Assembly: GCA_019311105.1 (NCBI GenBank)
Contig: JAFDDA010000001.1
Location: forward strand, 325-64,324
Length of the DNA: 64,000 nucleotides
Source of the DNA: Deltaproteobacteria bacterium
GTDB taxonomy: Bacteria > Myxococcota_A > UBA9160 > JAFDDA01
Reading direction: 5' to 3'
Shown: piece after piece, positions 9,091 to 21,499 of the stretch
How positions within the stretch are numbered: the stretch's first letter is position 1
Layout: every line of letters begins with the position of its first letter
Notes under the pieces: model-generated
Database searches by the model: none
What the model saw: only the letters and a program-made list of their open reading frames with translations
Told to the model about the DNA's origin: nothing
Translations under genes and position numbers: made by a program

Positions 9091-9222
9091 TCTCGCAACC
9101 CCTTGGTAGATCGTCCTTTTTCACGGACCGAATCGGTGGGAGACAGGAGTACGGCGCTTTCACAAAGAGAGCGTCCTGGGAGACTCGTCGCCACTCGCTT
9201 CGGTCATCGCTTGGGGGAAAGC

Positions 9223-11994
<2,772 letters not shown>

Positions 11995-12159
11995 ACCTAG
12001 GTTCACCACGACCCGAAGCTTTCCGGTCTCTTCACGGGGGTGAGAGGCCAACGGGGCGCGGGGTCTTCAGCCTTTGTACCGTTGGGGGGAACGGTGGGCG
12101 AGAAGGCTCCGCGTTCCTGCTTTGGGCTGCGCCTTACGGCGCGCGCTCCGGGAGGCTCG

Positions 12160-12489
12160 ATGACACGTTCGTTCTGCATGCTGTTGCTGCTCGCCATGGC
12201 CGGCTGTTCGGGTGCTACCGGTGACGGCGCCGCACCCGAGGGCGATGCGGCAGGGCAGGGCGCGGCCGGCGGCTACGTCGAGTGCGTCGTTCCGCGGCCC
12301 GAGATCTGTGCCCGTGACTACCTGCCCGTTTGCGGCCTGCGCGACACCGGCATCCGCTGCGTGACGCAACCCTGCGACTCCTGGGAGACGAAGACCTACA
12401 GCAACGCTTGCACGGCCTGCGCCGACGTTCCGGTCTACGGCTGGCGGCCGGGCGAGTGCGAGGAGGAGGGGATCGTGCGTCGTGAGTGA
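12160..12489 (+). CDS. lipoprotein with Kazal-like protease-inhibitor domain
   Basis: Lipobox LLLAMAGC. DYLPVCG...KTYSNACTACAD resembles the Kazal PVCG...TY-N-C spacing. GGGAGG lies 4 nt before ATG 12160. Confidence 0.6.
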   Translation: MTRSFCMLLLLAMAGCSGATGDGAAPEGDAAGQGAAGGYVECVVPRPEICARDYLPVCGLRDTGIRCVTQPCDSWETKTYSNACTACADVPVYGWRPGECEEEGIVRRE

Positions 12490-13168
12490 CGGGCTGGTCG
12501 GCGTCGCGGATGGGCTCTGGTGCGCGACCCAGCCTCTGCGTTTCCTCGGGATCGAGGTGGGTGCGCGCATGACCGTGGCAAAGCTGCCGAGCGGCGGGCT
12601 CCTCTTGCACTCCCCGATCGAGCCACGGCCGGCGTTGCGCGCGGCGGTCGAGGCGAAGGGCCCCGTGGAACACGTCGTGGCGCCGAATCGCTTCCACCAC
12701 CTCTTCGTTGGGCTCTGGGGCGATGCGGGGCCGCGTGTCCAGGTGCACGTGGCGCCGGGCTTGCTCGCCAAGCGCCCCGACCTGGCCGGAGCGCTCGAGC
12801 TCGGGGACGTGGCCGACCCAGCCTGGGGGGAGGCCTTCGACACGTGCCGCGTGAACGGGATCCCGATGGCCAACGAGGTGGCCTTCTTGCACCGGCCGAC
12901 CCGAACGCTCTTCACCTGCGACCTCGCCTTCAATGTCGGCGCGAGCCTGCCTGCCGCGACGCGCTTCTTCTTCAAGATCCAGGGCAAGTACGGTCGACTC
13001 GAGACGACCTTTCTCGAGCGTCTCCTGACGCGCGACCGCGGCGCGGCGAAGGCCTCCATCGAGCGCATCCTCGGGTGGGACTTCGATCGGGTCGTGGTGT
13101 CGCACGGCGATGTCCTCGAGTCCGGGGGCCACGAGGCCTTCCGTCGCGCCTGGAGCTGGCTCCTCTAG
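12482..13168 (+). CDS. DUF4336-like (metallo-beta-lactamase-fold) protein
   Basis: GARMTVAKLPSGGLLLHSPIEP...VEHVVAPNRFHHLF. The GTG start overlaps the upstream gene by 8 nt. Confidence 0.65.
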   Translation: MSDGLVGVADGLWCATQPLRFLGIEVGARMTVAKLPSGGLLLHSPIEPRPALRAAVEAKGPVEHVVAPNRFHHLFVGLWGDAGPRVQVHVAPGLLAKRPDLAGALELGDVADPAWGEAFDTCRVNGIPMANEVAFLHRPTRTLFTCDLAFNVGASLPAATRFFFKIQGKYGRLETTFLERLLTRDRGAAKASIERILGWDFDRVVVSHGDVLESGGHEAFRRAWSWLL

Positions 13169-13237
13169 CGAAGGCGCTCGTGGGTGCGGCGCCGATGGAG
13201 GCTCAGCCATCGGGCCAGATCGGCCGATGGAAGCTCC

Positions 13238-14878
13238 ATGGCGCGCACCCTTGCTCGCACGAGTTGCCTCCTCCTGGCCCTGCTTCTCGCCTGCGGCGGC
13301 GAGACGCCCCGGGACCAGCTGGCCCAGATGGGCGTCCCGTTCTCGGCAGGGAGCTTTCTCGACGCAGCAGAGGATGGCGACCTCCACGTGGTGCGCCTCT
13401 TCCTGGCCGCCGAGATGGCTCCGAACGAGAGTGACGCCAGCCGCCGGACGGTCCTGGCCGCCGCGGCTGCCGCCGGTCACGACGACGTGGTGGCAGAGCT
13501 CCTCGCCGCGGGCGCCGACCCGAACGTCTCGGACCAACAGATGCGCACACCCCTGATGGCGGCAGCAGAGGGCGGACACGCAGCGGCGACGCGGCGGTTG
13601 CTCGAAGCCGGGGGCAACGCCAACTCGCTCCGCATGGATGGCGTGACGGTGTTGATGCGGGCGGCGCGAGGCGGCCACACCGAAGTCATCGACGCTCTGG
13701 TCGGGCACGGGGTCGAGATCGATCGCCCGGACCAGTTCGGGAACACGGCACTCCTGCACGCCGCCGAGGCGGGCCATGCCGCCGCCGTGGTTTCACTCCT
13801 GGCGGGCGGAGCCGACCCGGATCTGCGGACGCGGATGAAGGGAACTCATGCGCTCGGCCTCGCGGCCGGCGGCGACGACGTCGAAATGGCGCGCGCGCTG
13901 CTCGACGCCGGGGCGGACCTCGAACGCCGTGACCTCGAACACGAGATGACGGCACTCGCGGTCGCTTCGCTCCGCGGCAACGTCGAAGTGGCACGCCTGC
14001 TCGTCGAGCGCGGCGCAGACCCCGAGTCGGTCGGTCGGGACGGACACACGGCCCTGATGCTCGCCGCCGACGAGGGCCACGCCGAGATCGCCCGGCTCTT
14101 GCTCGGACAGGGCGCCGAAGTCGACCGTCCTGAGACGTCGGGCGTGACCGCCTTGATGATCGCGTCGGCGAAGGGCCACGAGTCGGTCGTCGAGGCCCTG
14201 CTCGAAGCCGGCGCTGACCCGACGATCCAGACCGAAGGGCGCTATTCCGCGCTGTCGGCGGCTCGGCATGAAGGCCACGATTTGATCGCGGCCGCGTTGC
14301 GCACCGCAGCCCGAGCCCGCGTTGCCGCCCGGCCCGGCGCCCGACAGTGGGCGCGCTTTGCTCTCTACGGCGACGCCTACGCCGCGCCCGCGGGCTGGGA
14401 GGTCGTCGACCCCTTCCGGAGTGACGACGTCTTCTGGAGCGACTACAGCCTGGTGGGCGTCGATCCCGGCGAAGGCCCGCGGACCCGGCGAGCGTTGCTG
14501 CGCAACGGGGCGCTCCACTCCCAGATCCTGCTCGTGCGGGGCCCGACCCTCGAATGGATGCCTCGCTTCGTCGACCGGGTGGCACCGCTCGACGGGCGCG
14601 CGGGCATCCGCTTCACGGATCACACGCTGCGCAGCGCCGATGGCGTCACAGTCGACTATCTAAAGATCGACCTCGCGGCGGTCGGCGATGAGCCCGCCCG
14701 GCGCCAACTGCTCGGGATCGTCGACCTCGGCCGCGAGGCTCTCATCGTCGACGCGGGTGGCCCTGCAGACCGCTTCGACCCAACGGTCGTCGAGGGCTTG
14801 CTGCGTTCGCTCCGCGTCCGCACGGGCCCTGCCGCGGCGGTCCCCACCCAGCCCGCCGCGCCCGAGGCCCATCGATGA
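13238..14878 (+). CDS. ankyrin-repeat lipoprotein with uncharacterised C-terminal domain
   Basis: Lipobox LLLACG, then about 8-9 ANK repeats (G-TALM-AA--GH--V---LL--GAD). About 200 aa at the C-terminus have no motif I recognise. Confidence 0.85.
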   Translation: MARTLARTSCLLLALLLACGGETPRDQLAQMGVPFSAGSFLDAAEDGDLHVVRLFLAAEMAPNESDASRRTVLAAAAAAGHDDVVAELLAAGADPNVSDQQMRTPLMAAAEGGHAAATRRLLEAGGNANSLRMDGVTVLMRAARGGHTEVIDALVGHGVEIDRPDQFGNTALLHAAEAGHAAAVVSLLAGGADPDLRTRMKGTHALGLAAGGDDVEMARALLDAGADLERRDLEHEMTALAVASLRGNVEVARLLVERGADPESVGRDGHTALMLAADEGHAEIARLLLGQGAEVDRPETSGVTALMIASAKGHESVVEALLEAGADPTIQTEGRYSALSAARHEGHDLIAAALRTAARARVAARPGARQWARFALYGDAYAAPAGWEVVDPFRSDDVFWSDYSLVGVDPGEGPRTRRALLRNGALHSQILLVRGPTLEWMPRFVDRVAPLDGRAGIRFTDHTLRSADGVTVDYLKIDLAAVGDEPARRQLLGIVDLGREALIVDAGGPADRFDPTVVEGLLRSLRVRTGPAAAVPTQPAAPEAHR

Positions 14879-15228
14879 ACGTCCAACTCGCTCCTCAGGT
14901 CGCCTTCGCTCTCTGTGCCGTGGCGCTACTCGCCATGACGGTGCCCGGCTTTGTGCTCTACAGGCGATTCCTGCGCGACTTGCGCAGTCGACACCCGAGC
15001 GAGTGGCAACGGCTCGGCCGCCCGACGGTCGTCTACTACAGCTCCCAGCAGGCGAGGCGCGATCTGTCGCGCTGGGTCGCCGACGACGGCTTCGACCAGC
15101 TCGATGACCCGACCTTCGCCGCGGCTTGCCGCCGCTATCGTGCGTACGGCCGTGTCTACAGCGCGGTCTTCACCGGGCTGTGGATCCTGTTCGCGTTGGT
15201 GGTGAGTCTGCGACTCGCCGGAGCGTAA
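14875..15228 (+). CDS. small membrane protein (2 TM), translationally coupled to the ankyrin gene
   Basis: ATGA overlap with the upstream stop. Hydrophobic N- and C-terminal segments. Confidence 0.55.
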   Translation: MNVQLAPQVAFALCAVALLAMTVPGFVLYRRFLRDLRSRHPSEWQRLGRPTVVYYSSQQARRDLSRWVADDGFDQLDDPTFAAACRRYRAYGRVYSAVFTGLWILFALVVSLRLAGA

Positions 15229-15264
15229 CCCCGACCGAACGGGCACTGGCCCCGACCGATCGCG

Positions 15265-16419
15265 CTAGTTCTGCTCGACGATCTCGGACACGACCATCGG
15301 CGTGGCCTCGCCGGCGTCGTCCGTGCCCGAGAGGGGAAGCGACGTCATGAGGCGCTGAAGCTGGTCGAGCCCGCCGTCGCCCAGCTCGCCGAAGCGCAGC
15401 ACCAAGAAGGGCCCGTCCTCGCGCGCGACCTGGGCCTGGAGCATCAGAGGCGGGATGCCATCCTCGCCGTAGAGGGCGATCTTGAGTTCGTCGCCGACCT
15501 CGAGGTTGGCGTCACGCATCACACGCATGCCCCCCGTCGAGAGATCGCGCCCCATGAGAACCCGGCTTGCCCCGTCGCCTTTGACCAGCACGGGCTTCGC
15601 GTAGCGCAGGCGCGGCGAGCGCCGGCGATCCGGTTCTTCGGGGTCGCGGGACGGGAGCATCACTTCCCCGGCCTCGTCCTCGGGCTCCGGTTCGGGCGCT
15701 TCGGGTCGTGGCGCATCCTTCCAGGAAGCCGGGCCCTGACCGTACTCGCGAACCAGCGCTGCCACGGTTTCGAAAGCACCCTTCCCGAGGTCGTCGAAGC
15801 GCGCAGCGACCTCGGAGGCCTGCGCCTCGGTTTCGTCCGTCGCCGCGGTGGCGCGGACCACCCGCCCGCGAAGTCGCAACGGTCGACGTAGCCCGGTGAG
15901 CTCCGTGGGGAGGGTCAGGGAGATCCGCGCGTCGGCGCTAGCGAGGCGATCGACCTGAACGCGACAACCCGTGGTCGAGAGTTCGAGCAACATGGCCGGC
16001 CGCTGCCGCCAGCCGAGTCGGACCTGCACGGGCGCGCCGACGCTCACGCGCCGGAAGCGGCGCTTCTCGGGGCCTCGATAGAGGACGTGAAGGAGCAGCA
16101 GGCGGAGCGCCCCCGGGTGAACGGGCCGACGCAGGATATAGTCGACGCGTGCCTGGGCGAGCTTCGCGGCAAGCGTCTTCGAGAAGCCGTCACACACCGC
16201 GACGACGCTCGCCGTCTCGCCGACGTGGCTCGCCCGGAGTTCGAGCACCCGCTGGGGCGTCGCCAGAACGAGCCGCCATGGCTCGGCATCTGCGGCGGGG
16301 CGCACCACGCCCGGGCGCTCTTCGTAGGCGGCGCCGAGTTCGTCCAGCATCCGGCACACGTCGTGGAGTTCGCGACGGTGCAGGACCAAGATCCGCGGTT
16401 CTTCGGGGGTGTTCGACAC
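15265..16419 (-). CDS. tandem PilZ-domain protein (putative c-di-GMP receptor)
   Basis: Two RRxxxR...D/LSxxG units: EKRRFRRVSV...LELSTTGCRV and DRRRSPRLRY...GRDLSTGGMRV. Start is one of GTG 16419, 16422 or 16437; GAGGA favours 16419. Confidence 0.75.
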   Translation of the reverse strand: MSNTPEEPRILVLHRRELHDVCRMLDELGAAYEERPGVVRPAADAEPWRLVLATPQRVLELRASHVGETASVVAVCDGFSKTLAAKLAQARVDYILRRPVHPGALRLLLLHVLYRGPEKRRFRRVSVGAPVQVRLGWRQRPAMLLELSTTGCRVQVDRLASADARISLTLPTELTGLRRPLRLRGRVVRATAATDETEAQASEVAARFDDLGKGAFETVAALVREYGQGPASWKDAPRPEAPEPEPEDEAGEVMLPSRDPEEPDRRRSPRLRYAKPVLVKGDGASRVLMGRDLSTGGMRVMRDANLEVGDELKIALYGEDGIPPLMLQAQVAREDGPFLVLRFGELGDGGLDQLQRLMTSLPLSGTDDAGEATPMVVSEIVEQN

Positions 16420-16540
16420 CACTATTCCTCGCCTCACTCTTCGGCGGGCGCGTGGAGCGGCTGGAGCGGGTTGTGATCTGACACACGGCTTGAAGCGCGC
16501 CTGCGCAGCGCGCCGGCAGCGGATGCGCAGGCTCGGGCGC

Positions 16541-16894
16541 TTAGAGCGCCCAGCCCGGCCCGGTGACGTGGGCGACCAGCAGGTTCAGGAGGGAGAGGAA
16601 GAGGGCGCCCCAGACCGCCGGCAGGAAGCTATCGATGCGGAAGCCCGGGACCAGGGCGGCGGCCAGCTTCAACATGAAGGCGTTCACCACGATCAGGAAG
16701 AGCCCGAGCGTCAGCACCGTGATCGGAAGAGAAAGAACCACGAGTACCGGCCGGACGAATGCGTTCGCGAGGCCCAATACGAGCGCACCGAACAGCGCGG
16801 CCAACGCCCCATCAACCTCGATGCCGCGGATCGCGTAGGCCACGACGAGGAGCAGGGCGGCCGACACCACGAGGTGGGCCGCGAACTCGACCAT
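16541..16894 (-). CDS. phage-holin-IV/YvlD family membrane protein (PF04020-like)
   Basis: GIEVDG...ALVLGLANAFVRPVLVVLSLPITVLTLGLFLIVVNAFML...VPGFRIDSF is the typical family pattern. The start overlaps the upstream stop (TGATG). Confidence 0.75.
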   Translation of the reverse strand: MVEFAAHLVVSAALLLVVAYAIRGIEVDGALAALFGALVLGLANAFVRPVLVVLSLPITVLTLGLFLIVVNAFMLKLAAALVPGFRIDSFLPAVWGALFLSLLNLLVAHVTGPGWAL

Positions 16895-17379
16895 CAGTAG
16901 GTCCAGCGGCCGTTCTTGAAGCTGAAGATCTCCGACACCGGCACCGAGCGCGAGACGGTGCAGCGGCTCGCTTCGTCGCGCAGGCAGGTGTAGAGGTGCT
17001 CCTTGTAGCGGAGGATGCCGACGAAGGGTGCGCCGGGGTGGCCGGTGGGCTTGACCTGGGTTTCGAAGTCGTCGCTGTAGCCGTCGAAGCGGATCACCGG
17101 TTCGGCGGCCACGCTGTAGACCGGCGCCGTCCGCCGATTCTCGGCCTCGTTCTTCTCGAGGCCCGCCATCCAGCTGCGCGCGTGGCGATCGAAGCTCGAC
17201 TTTGCTTTCGCCAGAGCGCTCGGGACGGCGATCTGCGCGGGGCCGCCCAGGTCATCCGCCGAAACCGCACCCGTGGCGCTGAGCGTGCAGGCTGCGAGCG
17301 CCGCAAACGCGAGCCTCAGGAAGAACCCTGCTCTCGGGCGCCGCGATCGGGCCTGCGTCGGGGCAACACCGCGTGTCAT
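16894..17379 (-). CDS. secreted hypothetical protein
   Basis: Signal-like N-terminus (FFLRLAFAALAACTLSATGA). Coding-like codon usage. Confidence 0.55.
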   Translation of the reverse strand: MTRGVAPTQARSRRPRAGFFLRLAFAALAACTLSATGAVSADDLGGPAQIAVPSALAKAKSSFDRHARSWMAGLEKNEAENRRTAPVYSVAAEPVIRFDGYSDDFETQVKPTGHPGAPFVGILRYKEHLYTCLRDEASRCTVSRSVPVSEIFSFKNGRWTY

Positions 17380-17491
17380 GCGATCTCCTCTCGAGGGGGG
17401 CGTCTCAATGGACGTCCGAGGATACCCCTTTCTTCACGGAACCCACCGCTCGGGACGGCTAGACTGCCCGCCACGGGGGGGGAGAAGCTCG

Positions 17492-18304
17492 ATGACCGCG
17501 GGGCCGGAGGACTTCGTCGACGATCTATGGCCGGCGATCCGGCAGGCCGCCTCGATCGCGCGCTCTCTCGAGGGCCGCGTGCCCAACCGCCCGAAGAGAG
17601 GCGAGGACACGGACGTGAAAGCGGCGCTCACCGCCGCGGATACGGCCTGTCAGGAGGCGCTCCTGGCCGCGCTCCTGAACCGCTTCGCCGACGTCCGGCT
17701 CGAAGCCGAGGAGGACACCGAGAGCGTCGAGCGGTTCAGCGGCAAGCGCGACGCCCTCGTGGTGATCGACCCGATCGACGGAACCCTGCGCTCCTACCTC
17801 GGCGCCGAGGGGCCCTATGCGGTGATGGCCGGGCTGGCGCTGGAAGGCCGCTTCCAGGGAGTGACCGTCGCCCTGCCGCGCGAAGAGATCTTCGTGCACG
17901 CCTTCGAAGCCGGTGGCGCGTTCATCGCGCAGGGGGATGGCGAGGGTGCGCCCGTCCGTGCCCGGGCCGACGGCGACACGGTCATGGTCTCCTACGATCT
18001 CCCCGATGCCGTGGCCGAGCGGATCGAGGCGAGGGGTTGGCGCACGGCCGAGGGTTGCGGCGGTGCGATCGCCGTCGCGCCGCTCTTGCCAGGCTTCGTC
18101 GGGGGCTTGCGCGTCCCGAACCCGAGGCCGCTGTCGCTGCGTGGGCGGATCGGCCTCCTGGCGAGCCAGGAAGCGGGCGCGACGGTGGCTCAGGTGGGAG
18201 GCCCCGCACCGACGGCATTGGCAGAGCCCCTGCGCCACGTGGCCGTCGCCGCGGAAGACGAGATCCTTGCCGATCTGCTTTACGCCCTCGAAGCCGACGC
18301 CTAG
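17492..18304 (+). CDS. inositol monophosphatase/FBPase-fold phosphatase
   Basis: LEAEEDTES and VVIDPIDGTLRSY motifs. GGAGAA lies 6 nt before ATG 17492. Confidence 0.7.
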   Translation: MTAGPEDFVDDLWPAIRQAASIARSLEGRVPNRPKRGEDTDVKAALTAADTACQEALLAALLNRFADVRLEAEEDTESVERFSGKRDALVVIDPIDGTLRSYLGAEGPYAVMAGLALEGRFQGVTVALPREEIFVHAFEAGGAFIAQGDGEGAPVRARADGDTVMVSYDLPDAVAERIEARGWRTAEGCGGAIAVAPLLPGFVGGLRVPNPRPLSLRGRIGLLASQEAGATVAQVGGPAPTALAEPLRHVAVAAEDEILADLLYALEADA

Positions 18305-18328
18305 CGCCGCGTCCGGAACGGGGCCCGT

Positions 18329-20032
18329 CTACATACGATCGTAGGAGGGGCCTTCGCCGCCTTCGGGCGGCGTCCAGGTGATCACCTGGTACGGGTCGGC
18401 GATGTCGCACGTCTTGCAGTGCACGCAGTTCTCGTGGTGGATCACGAGCTTCCGCTCCCCCGGCTTCTCGGTGTCGTCGACCATCTCGTAGACGGCCGCC
18501 GGGCAGAAGCTCTCGCAGGGGTTCCCGTACTCCTCGGCGCACTGCGTCTTGCACAGGTTCGTGTCGGCGACGACGAGGTGCGACGGCTGGTCGGGCTCGT
18601 GGGCGGAACCGCTGAATTGAACCAGGTGCTCCTTGCTGAAGGTCAGCTTGCCGTCGAATTCGAACTCTTCCTTCTTGCGCTCCCCCTCGGGCAGCTGCGC
18701 CAGCTTCTTCATGTGCTCGTGCCCAGGCCCGAACTTGATCGGGTCGATCAGGCCACGGCCGCCGGTGGCCATGCGGATCGGCTGGTTGAGGAAGAAGAAG
18801 AGCATGCCGAGCTCCCACGACCCGTGGAAGTTCCGCACGTTCCAATGCTCGTCGTAGGCCCAGCTCTTCCGGTAGCGCTCGGTGTACCCACCGAGAGTCT
18901 TGGTCGTGAAGTCCTGCTGGGCGAGAGCCTCGACGATCGTGTCCGCAGCGAGCATCCCCGACTTCATCGCCATGTGGATCCCGGAGAGGTACTCGGCGTT
19001 GCAGAAGCCCGCCGAATCCCCCACCAGCAGCGCGCCGTCGACGTAGAGCTTCGGCTGCGAGTAGAGGCCTCCGACGGGAAGGGTCTTCGCGCCGTACTTG
19101 ACGAGCTCCGCGCCCTCCAGGAGATCCTTCATGAAGGCGTGGGTCTTGAACTTCTGCAGCGCGAGGTGCGGGTCGTTGAACGGGCTCTCGGCGTCGAGCA
19201 TCGGGACGTAGCCGACCGAGACGAGGTCGTCGCCCAGGTCGTACATGAACATGCCCGAGACGGGCTTGAAGTAGTTCGGCCAACCCATGCCGTGGATCAC
19301 CCGGCCCGGCTTGTGCTTCTTCGGGTCGATCTTCCAGATCTCCTTCACTCCGGTCTCGTAGACCTGGGGGTTCATGCCCTGGAGCTGGAAGTCGTGGATG
19401 AGCTGCTTCGACAGCGTGCCGCGCACGCCCTCACCGAGCACGGTGACCTTGGCGAAGATGTCCATGCCGGGCTGGAAGGTCGGCTTCGGGTTGCCGTCGC
19501 GGTCGATGCCCATGTCGCCCGTACGGACACCGACGACGCGCTTGCCCTGGTAGAGGAGCTTGTCGCCCGCGAAGCCCGGGTAGATCTCGACGCCCGCCGC
19601 TTCGCACTGTTCGCCGAGCCACTTGGCGATGCGGTTGAGCGACGAGACGTAGTAGCCGTTCTTGTAGAACTGCGGCGGGGTCGCAAAGCCCGGCGCCGCG
19701 ACCGAGAGCTTCTCGGTGAGGAAGAAGCGAAGGATCGACTTCGTCACCTTGTGCTCGATCGGGAAGCCCTTCTGCTCGTGGTCGGGGACGAGTTCGCGGA
19801 TGGCCTTCGGGTTCATGACGGCGCCCGAGAGCATGTGGTCGCCGACCTCGGCGCCCTTCTCGATCACGAGGACCGTCGGCGGCTCGATGGGGACGCCGCC
19901 GCTGGCTTCGACGCGGGCGTTGTGTTCTTCGACGCCCTGCATCAGGCGGAGGGCGGAGGCGAGGGTGGCCGGGCCGGCGCCGACGAAGAGGACGTCGACC
20001 TCCATGCTCTCGCGTTCGATTTCCTGGCTCAT
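18329..20032 (-). CDS. electron-transfer flavoprotein:ubiquinone oxidoreductase
   Basis: VDVLFVGAGPATLASA FAD fold and a C-terminal 4Fe-4S motif CPAAVYE...NCVHCKTCDI. GGAGG lies 5 nt before ATG 20032. Confidence 0.9.
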   Translation of the reverse strand: MSQEIERESMEVDVLFVGAGPATLASALRLMQGVEEHNARVEASGGVPIEPPTVLVIEKGAEVGDHMLSGAVMNPKAIRELVPDHEQKGFPIEHKVTKSILRFFLTEKLSVAAPGFATPPQFYKNGYYVSSLNRIAKWLGEQCEAAGVEIYPGFAGDKLLYQGKRVVGVRTGDMGIDRDGNPKPTFQPGMDIFAKVTVLGEGVRGTLSKQLIHDFQLQGMNPQVYETGVKEIWKIDPKKHKPGRVIHGMGWPNYFKPVSGMFMYDLGDDLVSVGYVPMLDAESPFNDPHLALQKFKTHAFMKDLLEGAELVKYGAKTLPVGGLYSQPKLYVDGALLVGDSAGFCNAEYLSGIHMAMKSGMLAADTIVEALAQQDFTTKTLGGYTERYRKSWAYDEHWNVRNFHGSWELGMLFFFLNQPIRMATGGRGLIDPIKFGPGHEHMKKLAQLPEGERKKEEFEFDGKLTFSKEHLVQFSGSAHEPDQPSHLVVADTNLCKTQCAEEYGNPCESFCPAAVYEMVDDTEKPGERKLVIHHENCVHCKTCDIADPYQVITWTPPEGGEGPSYDRM

Positions 20033-20188
20033 GATGACCTCCACGGGCCGCGTGTTGAGGGTGGACGGGAAGAACGGGGGCAGGGTAGGCGAATGACGCG
20101 TTGGGTCAACCGAGTGCGATCGCCAATGGTCCCGTCCGCAAAGGGGAAATTGGCTATCCGCCCGCGGGCGCTGGGCTTCGGGCGAGGC

Positions 20189-21499
20189 TCATTCGAGACG
20201 GTCGGGTTGGAGGGTCGAGCGGGCCGCGACGAGGATCACGATGGCGACGAGGGTCAACAGGCCGGCGATCAGGAAGCAAGCGCCCAGCGAGAAGACCTCG
20301 GGTTCGAGCCCGCCGATTCGCATGCCCTCGGGGAGCCGCGGCGCGAGCCAGCCGCCGAAGTTCCCCATCGTGTATCCGCCCCACATGGGCCCGACGATTC
20401 GGCCCGTCGTAATCATCGACTGGCTCTGCGCCAGGAGTTCCCCGGCCTGACCCGTCTTGCAGGCCTTCGAGTAGAGGCTCGCCAGCGAGGGGAAGGAGAG
20501 CCCGTTGCCGATCGCGACGACCGGAGCGAGGAGATAGATCCCATCGAGGGAGTGGAGGAAGGGGATCACCGCCATCCCCGCTGCCTGGATGAAGAGGCCG
20601 CCGATCGCCAGGTTCCATTCGCCGGCGAGGGGCGACAGGCGGCCGAGCAGCCAACCCTGGGTCAGCGCCATCCAAATCCCGATCCAGGCGAACACGAACC
20701 CGGCAGCGCGCGCGTCCGCGTCGAACCGGTCGAGCAGGAAGAGGGCGAACATCGACTCGAGCACGGCAAAGGCCGCGAAGAGATGAAAGAAGAGATAGAG
20801 GTAGATGCCGACCCGGCGGCCGTGGTCGGCCAGGAGGACACGGACCGGCGTCGGGACGAGAAGGCGCACGAGCTCCCGCGCCCGCCACGGAGCGCGGTCG
20901 CCGGCTCGCGATTCGGGGAGCATGAAGAAGGCGGCGGAGAAGTTCAGCGAGGACACCAACATCACGAACGCGAAGGGGATCCGGATGTCGTCCTTGCCGA
21001 GGATCCCGCCGAGGGCCGGCCCGATCACGAAGCCGATCCCCATCGCCGCGCCCAGCACGCCCATCCCGCGCGCGCGTTGGGAGGGGGGCGTCAAGTCGGT
21101 GACGACCGCCTGGGCGGTCCCGAGGCTCGCGGCGAAGAAGCCGGCCATCACTCGGGAGAGGTAGACCCAGGTCATGGACTCGATGTGGACTGCGTAGATC
21201 AGGACTCCGTAGGCGATGGTCGTGCCGGCCAGGGAGCCGAGGATCGCAGGCCGCCGCCCCAGGCGATCCGACGCCCAGCCCCACAAGGGCAGGAAGATCA
21301 GCTGAGTCAGCGCGTAGACGGTGACGATCAGGCCGATCTCGAACGGGGTCGCGTGTAGCTTCTTGGCGAATGTCGGCAGCAACGGAACGAGCAGCGTGTA
21401 GCCAGCGAAATCGATCAGCATCGTCACGAAGACGATGGGCATCGCCCAACGCTCGCGGCGCGACCTCGTGTCGGGTGCGTCGGTTCCGGGGGCGTTCAT
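20189..21499 (-). CDS. MFS transporter (drug:H+ antiporter / Tet-like)
   Basis: GWASDRLGRRP motif A and a 12-TM pattern. Confidence 0.9.
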   Translation of the reverse strand: MNAPGTDAPDTRSRRERWAMPIVFVTMLIDFAGYTLLVPLLPTFAKKLHATPFEIGLIVTVYALTQLIFLPLWGWASDRLGRRPAILGSLAGTTIAYGVLIYAVHIESMTWVYLSRVMAGFFAASLGTAQAVVTDLTPPSQRARGMGVLGAAMGIGFVIGPALGGILGKDDIRIPFAFVMLVSSLNFSAAFFMLPESRAGDRAPWRARELVRLLVPTPVRVLLADHGRRVGIYLYLFFHLFAAFAVLESMFALFLLDRFDADARAAGFVFAWIGIWMALTQGWLLGRLSPLAGEWNLAIGGLFIQAAGMAVIPFLHSLDGIYLLAPVVAIGNGLSFPSLASLYSKACKTGQAGELLAQSQSMITTGRIVGPMWGGYTMGNFGGWLAPRLPEGMRIGGLEPEVFSLGACFLIAGLLTLVAIVILVAARSTLQPDRLE

